A DNA stretch of 63,102 bases, counting the filler, from Octopus bimaculoides (taxonomy: Eukaryota): assembly GCF_001194135.2 (NCBI RefSeq). It is 4 parts of 3 records of this genome, joined end to end, with 100 filler letters (N's around TTAATTAATTAA, not from the genome) between each part and the next. Parts side by side here need not be neighbours in the genome. Positions count along the whole stretch, not along the records: positions 29,500 to 51,912 come from NC_069009.1; positions 52,013 to 61,820 come from NC_068982.1; positions 61,921 to 63,102 come from NW_026383774.1; 1 more part is not named here. One strand, written 5' to 3'. The notes under the pieces are model-generated. The model was not told the origin of the DNA and ran no database searches. It saw nothing but the letters and a program-made list of their open reading frames with translations. The translations under genes were made by a program, and so were the position numbers. Shown piece after piece: positions 49,500 through 61,955 of this stretch; the first letter of the stretch is position 1; every line of letters begins with the position of its first letter.

Positions 49500-50395
49500 C
49501 ACCAACCAAAATGGCAGGAATCAGCCAAGCTTTTCCTGCTTTTACTGCTGTACATCATTACGTATTCATGAGCTGTAAGGGCTATTTTGTAATAGAATCA
49601 TTACTGGAGAAGAAAAATGGATCCTTTACTATAATGTTAAGCAAAAACATCAGTGATTCAGTCACTATGAAGAGCCTACTCAGCAGCCGAGAAATGGCCT
49701 CCATCCAAGGAAGATTCTTCTGAGTGCATGATGGGATATGTGGGGGATAATTCATCATGAGCTGATGGATGATAATCAAACAGTAACGACTGATGTATGC
49801 TGCCAATGCCTAACACATTTGAAAACAGCTTTACAGCAAAAACGTCCGTCTTTAATAAATAGAAAAAGAATCTATAAGGCGGTGAGCTGGCAGAAACGTT
49901 AGCACGCCGGGCGAAATGCTTAGCGGTATTTCATCTGCCGTTACGTTCTGAGTTCAAATTCCGCCAAGGTCAATTTTACCTTTCATCCTTTCGGGGTCGA
50001 TAAATTAAGTACCAGTTATGCACTGGGGTCATTACGCACTGTCTGTCCTTGTTTGTCCCCTCTATGTTTAGCCCCTTGTGGGCAATAAAGAAATAAGAAA
50101 AAGAATCATCCTCCATCATAACGCTAGACCTCACACTGCATAAAAGACCAAGGACCAACTTGAAAAATTCTGCACCATCCACCATATTCTCCAGACCTTG
50201 CTCTTACAGATTACCATCTTTTTACAAGTTTACGAAATCATTTGAGTGGATTCAGATTTACTTCAAGAGCAGAAGTCAAAACTGAGTTAATTTCTTTTTC
50301 CACTTCTAAATCTAAAGAATTTTATGAATGTGGCATTAAAAAGCTCATTCACAGATGGAAAGAAGTCTTAGAGAAGGTTGGTGACTATTGATAAT
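49500..50395 (+). mobile_element. Decayed mariner (DD34D) transposase
   Basis: IITGEEKWILY, WDMWGIIHHEL, ILHHNARPHTA, HPPYSPDLALTDYHLF, RWKEVLE, with stops and frameshifts; split by SINE C. Confidence 0.9.
49873..50095 (+). mobile_element. SINE family C (tRNA head) inserted in a mariner, with 12-bp TSD agaaaaagaatc. Other copies: about 27390-27600(+), 31850-32010(+), 36370-36510(-), 36560-36780(-), 62060-62200(-), 62210-62435(-)
   Basis: aaggcggtgagctggcagaaacgttagc...gagttcaaattccgcc B-box; direct repeats at 49861-49872 and 50096-50107. Confidence 0.88.
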
Positions 50396-51228
50396 TAAGT
50401 GAATCAGATTATTATTTTCTTAAAAATTATTTTATTGATCCTTAAAGAAACAGACAGATTTTCATTACAACTTGATATGTGGCTGAAGGAAATAATAAAG
50501 AAATAGGGATTCAGTGCTGTAGCAAACTGTCAAAGAACAAAGGTGCAGGTGGGTGGCTGTGTGTCAGGTGTTGAAAGGCTAAAGTATGATTGCGGGGGGT
50601 CAAGTATAGGTGTGTTGCTATAGAGGAGATAAAAAGAAGGTAGTGACGGGGTATTAGATTAGGGTCTGTGTTGGTTCTTCAGATGTCAGAAAGTGATTGT
50701 GCAGACAGTTGAAAAGCACAGGTGGTTGGTCAAATAAAATAATGACCTCAGAAAGATCTTCCAAGACCATACAATTAACAAGGAAAAAAAATGTGATTCG
50801 ACTTTTATTGGACAAAGAGTTAAAAAAAAAAATTGTTGAAAAGGGGCCAATTTTGGAAAATGTGTTCGGTGGGGCCACATGCTCCTCTTGCTCCCCTACT
50901 ACTCACATCAACTGTTCTCAATCCCTTAATGCTTGATTAAATCTATCAGATCCCAAACACCATCCTTCCTACCCCATCCCCTGAACCAGCCTTAAACCCC
51001 ATTAATCACTCACACTTCTACCCTAAATTCAACTACGCCCCATAGTCTATTATAACCACTATATAGTCTTCATTGGTTTTGATCCCCGTCTTTTGAACCA
51101 GTTCTTCATCTTCTGCTCAGAAGAGAATGGTGCTTAAGCTTGCTGTTGTGACTCCATAGTTCGTACTTTGAATATGGAATGAATGGAGAAACTTGGAAGT
51201 CACTGTCAGTAAAATTATATGTGTGTGT

Positions 51229-51272
<44 letters not shown>

Positions 51273-51370
51273 GTGTGTGTGATGGTGTACAAGTATTTAT
51301 AGTAAGTAGATAGGTTTATAATCCAAGCTGTGTCCTCATGAAGCACATATGCATGTGTGTATATAAATAA

Positions 51371-51417
<47 letters not shown>

Positions 51418-51479
51418 TAAAAATACATGAAACCTGTAGAAATATATATGTATATACATGAATAAATATACACGCATGC

Positions 51480-51518
<39 letters not shown>

Positions 51519-51574
51519 ATGCATACTAACAAACACATATATGTGTGTGTATTTATAAATATATATATATATCT

Positions 51575-51626
<52 letters not shown>

Positions 51627-51859
51627 GTCCGTGTATGACTATATAGATATACATGTATATATAATGTGTGTATTTGTGTGTTTATTATGCACATATAGAC
51701 ATGTGTATATATGTATACATATATATATATATATATATACATGCATATAAATATATATATGCACGTATAGGTATATATATATTGATGTCTAAACATACAT
51801 AATATATATACATGTGTACACATGTATATCTATATATATATGTGTGTGTGCGTGTGCGT

Positions 51860-51912
<53 letters not shown>

Positions 51913-54169
51913 NNNNNNNNNNNNNNNNNNNNNNNNNNNNNNNNNNNNNNNNNNNNTTAATTAATTAANNNNNNNNNNNNNNNNNNNNNNNNNNNNNNNN
52001 NNNNNNNNNNNNTTTTTTTTGTGGTCTTTTAAATTAATTTTAGGTTCACATGGTATTAGCGGTTCAGTTGTTTTTTTTCTGTCCCTTAAACCTTAATAAA
52101 CCCATTATTATAAACTATATAAATCCCATACTAATTCTTTACATTATAAAAATTAAGCTTACCTTTTATGTGTGTTTAAAATAGTATTATTATATATATT
52201 AGCCTAAATTTTTTTAATAATTTTTTTTTTTTTTAATTATTCAAAATAGTTTTCTGAGCCCAATATATATAATAGTCTTAAACTTTACACTACTTCAGGG
52301 TTTTTGTATAAACTAATTACATTTTTATTATTAACAATTTTATTATTAACATACTTCTTATCATTAACATATTAATTAAGCTAATATTGATATCTATAAA
52401 TTTCTCATACTTAGTATATGTAAAACAATACTGATGCTTTATTCAGATTAACGAAAAAGCCCCGTTGACCTATATGCTTAAGGTTTAATTCCCCAACATT
52501 ATGATAGTAGTAAAAAACCCAACCTAAAATAGTGTTGCCACTCTGACCAGAGAAAGCTTTATAACTATATCCATGTATAATGTTTACACCTTCCCTTTCC
52601 TTAGAAGTGATTGCCCCTTATACTATAACCACTAGATAAAAGGCAAAAAAATCAGAGACAGTTAGAATTCTACCTAGAACTAATTACTAGCCTGCTAGCC
52701 TTGGCTATGTCAAGATGGATTTTTATGTAGTCTTCTTCCCACTTGGATTTTAAATGTTGCCACAATTATAATATGTCTAATCTACTGTAATTTTCTACAT
52801 TTTTGTGCAGCTGAAGATTGCTCTACATATTGCATTTAATGTAATGCTCGCATTACTTAAATAAATGGAGTAGCATGAAACGTGCATACTGCAATCATCT
52901 TTAAAATCCGTGTTGCTTATTTTGATTTTTTGATCACCTTGCCTTTAGAATGGTTTTTGGATAATACCATACTATATTCTGGTGCCTAAACATNNNNNNN
53001 NNNNNNNNNNNNNNNNNNNNNNNNNNNNNNNNNNNNNNNNNNNNNNNNNNNNNNNNNNNNNNNNNNNNNNNNNNNNNNNNNNNNNNNNNNNNNNNNNNNN
53101 NNNNNNNNNNNNNNNNNNNNNNNNNNNNNNNNNNNNNNNNNNNNNNNNNNNNNNNNNNNNNNNNNNNNNNNNNNNNNNNNNNNNNNNNNNNNNNNNNNNN
53201 NNNNNNNNNNNNNNNNNNNNNNNNNNNNNNNNNNNNNNNNNNNNNNNNNATATATACCGGAGTAAGCACATGAAATGTGCAACAAGGTGGAAAAAAGAGT
53301 ACTCAAATACCAGAGGTAGAGTAAAATGCTTTCTTTAAAAGCAGTTAGCATCAATTCCTCATAAGTGGGATACTGAACATCTGGTTTAGGTGTATCCATT
53401 GGCATAGATGTGTCTCCTCAGGTGATTACAAGATGTATCCAATTAAAATAACATCTGTTCCACAAAATCTCTCCTTGATACGTGTATACAAAAGCAGCAA
53501 ATTAAGAGATACAGCTTCATTATTATAGAATATCAATGACAAATATCAGATGCGAAAAGAAGTAAATGCACAATAAAGTGAGTAAGTATTAGGTATAACC
53601 AATATGTATGTACAAATGCTCTTGCTTATGTTCTTTGGTGCACATACACTTGCTTGTACAATCTTTCACAAAGATATAAGCATACGCTCATGCATGATTT
53701 AGTGCACATATTCTCATCCAGTGTATTAAATAGATATTCATAAAGTTGGTGCCTAAAAGTGGCTAGTGATACAACTCTGCTTGGTGAGGAGTCACAGAAT
53801 CTGTGGTGAGGTTTACTAGGTCTGGCCGATGTACTTATAACACTTGTAAAATCAGGTAGATAAATCCAGACATAGTAGATGTGTATCTTTTGTATGAACA
53901 GCTCATCAAATAATTTATAGCCTATAGAAAGTATTAATGCCAATGATAAGATTACCAGTGTAGATAAGTGTAGGTATTTTGTGTTTACATCTTGTGGTGA
54001 GTGATACTTATTGAGAAGCTGAAGTTGGTATTTATCTCACATTAATTGGTATACAATGCCAAGGTGTGTAACACAGTTATATTGGTAACTAGTGTGACAT
54101 CATGTTTATAAGAATGGGGAGGTTAATACATCAGTACATTTAAGTAAATTGTGGTTATTAATTTAGTCA

Positions 54170-55015
54170 ATGATTACAAAAAATCATTCTGACTGCATTG
54201 TGCGAAAGTGCATTTATAAGCATGCAAGCATCTTGATAATCTTTTAGAAATCCTATTAATGATCTTCTCGTTGGCCCACATGATAGACAGTGGTTCCTTG
54301 GAGCAGAGTCTTAATCTCCTGGAAAGGATATTGTGTGGTCGTGCATTTCTTATTATGGACCAAGTTAAATCATATTCAATTTTATCTTCCTTATTTTGCC
54401 ACACAAAATCAGCCAAAATGTCAAACGCTTTTTGTTGATTTTCTTGAAGTTGGTGACTGGGTTCTTGAACAATTCAACCCTTAGCCCCAATGTAAACAGA
54501 TGGTCTGCCTGTTGTGTGCACAGTACACTTGTATACAAGATTGGTACTTGTATAGAGGTTCATCAATGGGAATTTTGTTTTTTCTCTGCATGAGCATTTA
54601 TTAAATTTTGGATTTGTGGCAGTGCTGACTTCATTTTCCGACACTGTAACCATGTTGGCTATATCGCTATTATTATTGCTGTCATGATGTGGTTGCAGCA
54701 GGTGGTTTGAATTCTGGATTGTATATCCTTTCTTGTCATTTGCTGTATATATTTGCTGTCATTCCTATTTGTCTGGCCAGAAGTAGTTCTCACATCATAT
54801 GTTTTAGTTGGGTTATTCAACACTTGGTTCATTTTTCTGTTATTAATGTGGTGCATATGCTGCTCTAAATTAATACAGTTAATGTATGATACCTTCACAG
54901 TGTGTCTATCAGAAATGATGTGATATCTATTTGATTTTGAGAAGCATTTGTTAAAAGCAGCCCAAAATTCCCTAGCGATCTTCATTGAAATATGTGAACC
55001 ATGGATTGGGTTGTA
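54170..55015 (-). mobile_element. Penelope-like retroelement remnant, C-terminal GIY-YIG endonuclease region
   Basis: Minus frames: WYNP..., F...F.K.F.KSNRYH.I.DRHTVKVSY..C.N, KCSCREKTKFPL....NLVYKCTV......VYIG, FVWQNKE....Y.LTWSIIRNARP.N....RLRLCSKE.L.I..ANE..IN..S..LSRCLH. Confidence 0.8.
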
Positions 55016-55016
55016 C

Positions 55017-57462
55017 CAGGGCCTGGTTTATAGGGGGTCGAAGAGGTTAAATTGTCCCAGGCTCCTATGGATATAGGGTCCTCCTGTTATGAAGGGTATG
55101 TAGCACTCAATATAGGGAAGCCCCCCCCCCACCTCTCAGCAATCTTGCATGCAGAGGCTCTCCAATTAGCAATATTGTAAAAAATGTAATGGACCCTGTT
55201 TTTTTTATAAATAACCACTTTTAACTACATTAGAGACATTAATTCATTCAATTAAAAAACACTTGCTTCCCATTCGCAAAGCAGCCACAATTCCCATGGG
55301 AATTAATTGTTGTTCCTTTTGGGACATTGACAGAAACAACAAAAGACTCCAAAAGATGTATGTATGTATCTGTGTGTATGTGTGTGTGCGTGTTTGTGTG
55401 TGTATGTGTGTGCACGTGTTTGTGTTTGTGAGATCGAGTATGGATGTATATAAAGATAGATAAAGTGATTGTTAGAAAGAAGTTATCATCTCTAGTTCAA
55501 ATTCCTTCTTTCAATACATGACTGAGCACAGTGGCCTTAGATTGACCTCTGGGCATTAAAGACACACATGCAACCCCCCCCCCCCACACACACACATACA
55601 CAAATAGGCATACATATATATTGCCATTGTAAACTTCATTATTTCTGTGAGGCATTGAAAACTAATCTTATTTTAGGAAAGAGCAAGTAAGTATTGTATA
55701 TGTGTTCCAAAATTTAAATTTTGAATTTAGTTTTTAATTATAAAATTGCATCTCTCAACAGCTGCAAGCCTTTTTTTGTCAGCTTTAGAATTATTGCTTT
55801 TATGCTCACATGTTTTCATTAAACCAAATCTTTTTCTTTCTTTCTTTTTCACTAATTTTCATCATTTTGTCAAGTACTTGAAGTAACTACAGGGAAGTGG
55901 GACAAAATTGGTAATTAGGGCAAAATGAATTATGACCAATTTCTTGTTATTTTCTCGCTACTAGTCTGAAAACATTACATTGCAACTATTATATCACCAT
56001 TTTGTACTCTTGCATTATCATTGGGAGTAAACATCAGCCACCATTGTTGTTGTTGCAGTTGAAGCAGTTTGAAACTGTCAGGTAACAGGTACTTTATTTT
56101 CAAGAAATTTTCCCTCAACTTTGACCCAGTTGTAATTGAGGTTGTTAATAAAATATCGAGACAATTTTGGATGTTCAACAACCCAAATTCTTTCCTCTGT
56201 TGGGTTCCAAACAATTTTTTCCCCACACTAATGTCTAATTTGATAACTTTCAATTTTCAAAAACTGATATCTAAACTGAGGCAAAATGAGTAACGACAAA
56301 TTTCAATAATCTCTTCTTTTTAACTCCATGGTACATAAATGTATCAGGAAGAGAGCCAGGTGGAATTCTGCTTTAAGTACCCCATATAACATCTCATAAC
56401 TTTTCTAGTTTTTGGAATATTCAGAAATTTTTTGTGAATTTGTATTCTACATATGGGAATTCATATAACTTTGTAAAAAAATAGTTTTTGTATCTGATTT
56501 AAGGGCTATTTAGCTGTTATCTTTAGCACATCTCATGACCACCTGATACCCTCCTTGTTTATTTGTCACTCTGACGTATCGATGTTTTTCAATATCTTTC
56601 TCCCCATAAACATGTTTAATGGTCTATTGCTGAGACTGAAGTCAAAATTTAGGACAGTCTCTGTAATTTCAAAAAAAAAATTTGAAAAATTCAAAAAATT
56701 TTTCATAGTTGTATGAATCCTTGTGTGTTTTGAGAATTCCAAAGAAATTAAAAAGTTATGAAGGGCTATATGAGATGCTTAAACCAGAATTCTGCAGAGA
56801 ACCACTCCAGCAGGTTGTGAAGAAGCTATAGAGAATATTTTACATTGATTTTTTTTGATTTAGTTAAATTTTGCTGTCATCTGATTGAGAAACTTTCGGA
56901 ATAGCTGTCACATATATGTTGGAATTTTGCAAATTTTGTCAGAATTTTCCCTTTTTTCCATGCATTGTAAAACAATGAAGAGAAGCCTTTTTAAAACAAT
57001 AGTTTTAAAAATCCATGTCTTTTCAATGTTTGTCTCTTCCCTCACACAAACACACATTCATCATATTTTTGGAACAACAACCACTAAAATGGTATATTTT
57101 TCTTTTTCATAATTTTCTGTCATTTTATCACATTCTACATTCTGAAACATTTGTAACTCACTTCAAAGAAAAAAATCTTACCCCCTCTTCCCTCCTTCAT
57201 TGTACTTTTCACAATAAAGGAAAAGTCAAACACTGCAAATGAATGTGAGAAACAGATTTGAACTTTAAAAAGTGTATCTATAAAGTGACATTTTCAGTCG
57301 TTTATTTAAACATTCTCTGCTACCTTGTCAAATATAATTACATGTGATAGATGGCTTTTGAGATATAAATTTGCTAATTTTCCAAAATTTTAAATCTTGT
57401 GTATGAGGGGACCCACCAAATTTGAAGTATCCCGGTCCCCCTATGGTTTAAACCAGGTCCTG
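55017..57462 (-). mobile_element. Decayed hAT element with transposase dimerisation-domain remnant
   Basis: Termini cagggcctggttta and taaaccaggtcctg are inverted repeats; minus ORF 55975..56253 NIQNCLDILLTTSITTGSKLRENFLKIKYL resembles the hAT C-terminal motif. No TSD seen. Confidence 0.55.
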
Positions 57463-59199
57463 GAGAAAGGGTCTTCAGAGAGGATGACAGGGGACTGAGA
57501 CTTCGTTGGAACCCAACACATCAAGCTAAGTGAAATCATGGTTGTTCTTGCATACAGGCATGTTCCCTGCATCCCTCTTCAACTGAGCATCCCTAATCTT
57601 GCAGACTTGTGGGTACTGGTGCCATGTAAAAATCATCTGTACTGGTGCCACATAAATGCACCCATGCCGATGCTGCATAAACACACCCAGTACACTCTGT
57701 AAAGTGATTGGTGTTAGAAAAGGCATCCAGCCATAGAAACCAGGCCAAAACAGACATGGAACCTGGGCAGCTCTTCAGTTGGCCAGCTCCAGTCAAACTG
57801 TCCAATCTATGCCAGCATGGAAAACAGATGCTAAATGATGGTGACGATTGTTTACCCTGGGTCAGATTCTGTGGTGAGGCTTGGGAATTCAGGAGTTTTG
57901 GCAAATATGCTACCCCTTACTCCATCACTGCTACCAGGTTTGTTCTAACCTGGGTTGGTAGTTATCTTTTAGTTACTCCAGTTATAGATCAAATAGCAGA
58001 AGATGGACCTGTAGCTAAAGTATACAGAACTAGGAGGAGAACTGGCCTTAAACGTGGTTCCTAAAGGCTCACTAGTATGTGAACATGGCCTAATGTCATC
58101 TGAACTGGTTCCCCTACCTTAGATTGAAATGGGCTCTTTGCTTTAACCCTTTAGTATTTAAACCAATCATATGATGGCCAACCAGTCTACCGGTTTTATG
58201 TCCAAACTGGCCATATCTGGCTTCTCACACCTACCCTATGATGTCATTTTAAAAATAAACCATTACATCATCAAAATCTCATAGTTAAAAGTTAGTGCAT
58301 GATTAATTCAAGACAATCTTAATAAACTTTACATTTGATAGAATAATTTGACTACAGACTTGGAACATGAAAACAGAAAAAATTGTTGTGGACTATTAAA
58401 TATAAGGAGCATAAACAGGATGTTCAAAACACATTTCATACCATTTTTATTCTCAGCATAAAATATCTAATCAATGAAACTCTGCAGAAGACAGACTGAG
58501 AAATTGAGTAAAAATCACATATTGTCAATGTATTTGTATCTTGAAAATCTTAGAAGGAAGTCTTTTTTCATTGATAAACGTATGATGTGATACTTAACTG
58601 ATCATCAGTTAATGTAATCTGCTGTCTACACTTGTAGAATAATAAAATTATTTTTATGAGTTTATTAACTTTATTCTGAGAAGTGATTTTAATAAGGTAT
58701 ATTACTTTGTCTCTTTGTTACATTTCTTGAAATAGCATCTTGCACCCCACCCCCATGTATGTGGACACCCAGCACAGAAATGCCAGCACAGAAATGCCAG
58801 CACAGAAATGTCCTTTTTTTTATTGTTATTAGTTGTGTTTCTTATCTCCAGATTATCTCTCTGATAGAGCTGATCCAATGTCAAAGGTATTTCAGCTATG
58901 ACACTATTCTATATCTAGGATGTGGTTCAAGGGAGATTTGACTGCTATTTCTGTTTGTCTTTTTGTGCATACATGTTCATGCAAACACACATAAAATATG
59001 CATTGTGTTTATTTATGTATAACTAAAAACCACACAACAATGCTAAATACACACACTTATGATAGAAGTGAGCAAACAATATTGATATGTTATTTAGTAT
59101 GGTAACTGAGTGCAATCTTGATATTGATAAACCTTTGTGATTAATGCAGGCATGCAAGGCAGACATTAAATGATGATGATATATCATCATTTTATATAT

Positions 59200-59697
59200 A
59201 TAGACCCCTACCTCTACCCCACCCTCAGCCTAACCCACACTCCACCCATGCCTTCCCCACCTCCCAACACCCTCACATCACACCACACCAATACCCTCGC
59301 ATCACACCACGCACACACTACAACTGACCAACTCCTTTCTCCCTTCCCCATTTTCGCATTACATACGTCAAGATCACCAGCATTCTACCTCCCACACACA
59401 GCCCTTCGTTCTTCGATCACCGTTTGTTATCTCCCCCTTTTCTTAGCTCTCCTGAAAAAAGAATTTCTAACTTCCAGTCAGTCATTGTTATGATCAGCCA
59501 TTATTATGATTGACCGTTGACTGAACACTATTCAATATTTTTTCTCCGTGTTTTTCTCCTTGTCTCCGTATTCTTTCTGTTGAAGAGCATAGCTCGAAAC
59601 GTCAAAGACTTTCCGTATTCCCGAGCGTCATACTAATACATCCTTTTGTTATTTACACCACCTGTCCTCGTCTGTTGTTGTTTTTTCGTATATTCTC

Positions 59698-59700
<3 letters not shown>
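59200..59700 (+). mobile_element. Repeat family E copy: C/A-rich body plus hammerhead-like motif at 59572-59608, ending at (TA)n
   Basis: UCUUU-CUGUUGA-A-GAGC-AUA-GCUC-GAAA-C-GUC-AAAGA; homologous inverted copy at 61230-61800. Confidence 0.75.
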
Positions 59701-59733
<33 letters not shown>

Positions 59734-59930
59734 TCACCGGCATACATGATTGCATATGTGTGGATGTGGTGTGTGTATGGGTGTTATTGTTACATGCACT
59801 CACACATGCAGTGACTCAGGAATAAAATTTGCTTAGTGGGTGCAAACCCAGGTCCAAATTTTTTACGAAAAATGTGGATTTTTTCAATTCTAGCATTAAA
59901 ACAAATGCAGGTGTAATAATAATTTTCATA

Positions 59931-60290
59931 TGTATGAGGGTTGGCTGATAAGTTGAGCAAGACATTCTCATGGAATGTGACCAAATGAAGTTAATTTTTT
60001 AATGTAGTTCCTCTTACAGTCCACACATTTCCATAAGAAGTTACACTGCTTGGATCACACTGGTGAAGAAGCTTACCTGTTGGTCAAAATAGTCATCAAC
60101 AGCAGATAAGATGTCATCATCACAGCAATACTGGTGCCCAGCTGAGTTTTTTTCCCTCTTGGGAAACAGATGATAATCAGACGGAACCAAATCACTAACA
60201 CAGGGAGGGTAATCAAGCAGTTCAAAGCCAGTCACATACAGCAGCCATTGAAACTAAGGACTTGTCTGCTGAAACATTGTCCTAATGAAA
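59931..60290 (-). mobile_element. Mariner 3' remnant with right terminal repeat
   Basis: ORF 60041..60235 GFELLDYPPCVSDLVPSDYHLFPK; terminus tatgagggttggctgataagtt at about 59932-59953. Confidence 0.8.
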
Positions 60291-61229
60291 CAAGACTCCA
60301 TTCATCAGTTTTTGCCTTAGCAAGTTGGCATTGAACTTTCCGTTGATGGTGTGATCATTTTGAAGATAGTAAATAAACACAATATTTTTTGCATTAACGT
60401 ATAGTATATGTAATAATGTGAAGTATATTTTATATATCAAAATGTTTAATTTTGGAAATATATCAAGCAAAGCAAACATAAGCAGTAAAAATACAAATAG
60501 TATTTCAAAACGTGGAATGCTACATGACGAAATCAACAAAAAAGGAAGAAAATAGTGGTGCTTGTGTTCCAAAGGTACAATGAGAGGGCTCAGGAGAAGG
60601 ATAGATAGAGGGGATAGAAGGGAAGAAAAGAATGAAAAGTGCAAAGGTAAACTGGAGATCTGAAGTGAGTGCTAGGCAGGAGGTGAAACAGAATATATGT
60701 CTTACCTATGCACTGGTCAAGTAGAAAAAAGATGAGTGATATAAAATTGGGTGGTCTTTTGGTACCAAAAAGTGAAGAAAGAGAGACAGAGTGGAGTAGA
60801 GACGGTTGGGGAAGAGCAAATACAAAGAAAGTGAGAGTGCAGAGAAAAAAAGGGAATAAAGATAGACAGTAGGTATTTAACAGAGATGGACAGAGGAAGA
60901 AATGGAAAGTAGTAAAGAGAGAAAGGCAACAGTTAAGTAGAGAGGCAGATAGAAATAGTCAGGGAAGGTTTTGTGCACAAGAGGGGAGAGAAGAAGGAGA
61001 GAGAAATGGATAGAAAAGAGAGAAAATCTTGCACCAAATATTGAACATTGTGTGAGGTGCTACTGAGTGGGAACAAAAGTGGGGTGTGTGATGTTACAGT
61101 AACTAATAACCATAAAATGTTGCACAGAAAGTACACACACACACACACACACACATACATGTATGTATATATATATATACATGTGTGTGTGTATATAGGG
61201 AGAATTCACAAAAAAAAAAAAAAAAACGA

Positions 61230-61800
61230 AGACAGGTGGTGTAGAAACAGATGTATTAGTATAATACTCGGTAAGTGAAAAAGTCTTTAACGTTTCGAGC
61301 CTACACTCTTCCACAGCAAGGAATACAGAAAGAAACAAAGAAAGAAAAAAAAGAATGTGTAGTGGCTAGCAATCTATCATGGTGAATGCCGGACAGAAGG
61401 GTCACACAGGAGAGCTAGGAAGAAGGGGAGATAATAAAGTAGTAGTGATCCCAAAATGAAGGTGCACGTGTGTAAGAGAGTTCGTATGTGCATGTGAGCA
61501 TGTGAAAGAGGGCTGGTGATCTTGACATGTGCATGTGTATGTGTAGGTGTGAAAATGTGGGGCTGGGAATTGGTCAGTGCATGGTGGTGTGTTGTGATGT
61601 GACATGTTGCATGGTATGGTGTAGTGGTGTGTGGTGTGGTGTGATGGTGTTGGGAGGTGGGAGAGGCGAGAGTGGGGAAAGCAAGGGTGGGGTGTGGGTT
61701 AGGCTGATGGTGGGTTAGAAGTGGGGTATGTAGGTAGGCAGAGGGTAGGGGTAGAGGTGGGGTATGTGGGAGTGGGTGTGAGAGATGGGAAGGATAGGGA
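61230..61800 (-). mobile_element. Repeat family E copy with hammerhead-like motif at 61284-61322
   Basis: Minus strand CUGUGGA-A-GAGU-GUAG-GCUC-GAAA-C-GUU-AAAGA; shares tcagcctaacccacac, gtcaagatcaccagc, tagctctcctg and atactaatacatc with the 59200 copy. Confidence 0.75.
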
Positions 61801-61920
61801 AGGTGGGGTTGGAATGTGTANNNNNNNNNNNNNNNNNNNNNNNNNNNNNNNNNNNNNNNNNNNNTTAATTAATTAANNNNNNNNNNNNNNNNNNNNNNNN
61901 NNNNNNNNNNNNNNNNNNNN

Positions 61921-61955
<35 letters not shown>

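Noticed and set aside
52013-52560. Possible NUMT (very AT-rich, strand-skewed sequence)
   Set aside because: I could not recognise any mitochondrial gene or rRNA motif; it follows a synthetic spacer and looks like a low-quality read end. BLASTn against cephalopod mtDNA would settle it.
53784-53812. Hammerhead look-alike sharing gtcacagaat.tgtg with the 5137 motif
   Set aside because: Both core halves are altered (GUGAGGA, GAGG) and the flanks do not match; may be coincidence.
57708-58064. 118-aa ORF
   Set aside because: The first half is SINE A; the remainder has no recognisable domain or splice structure.
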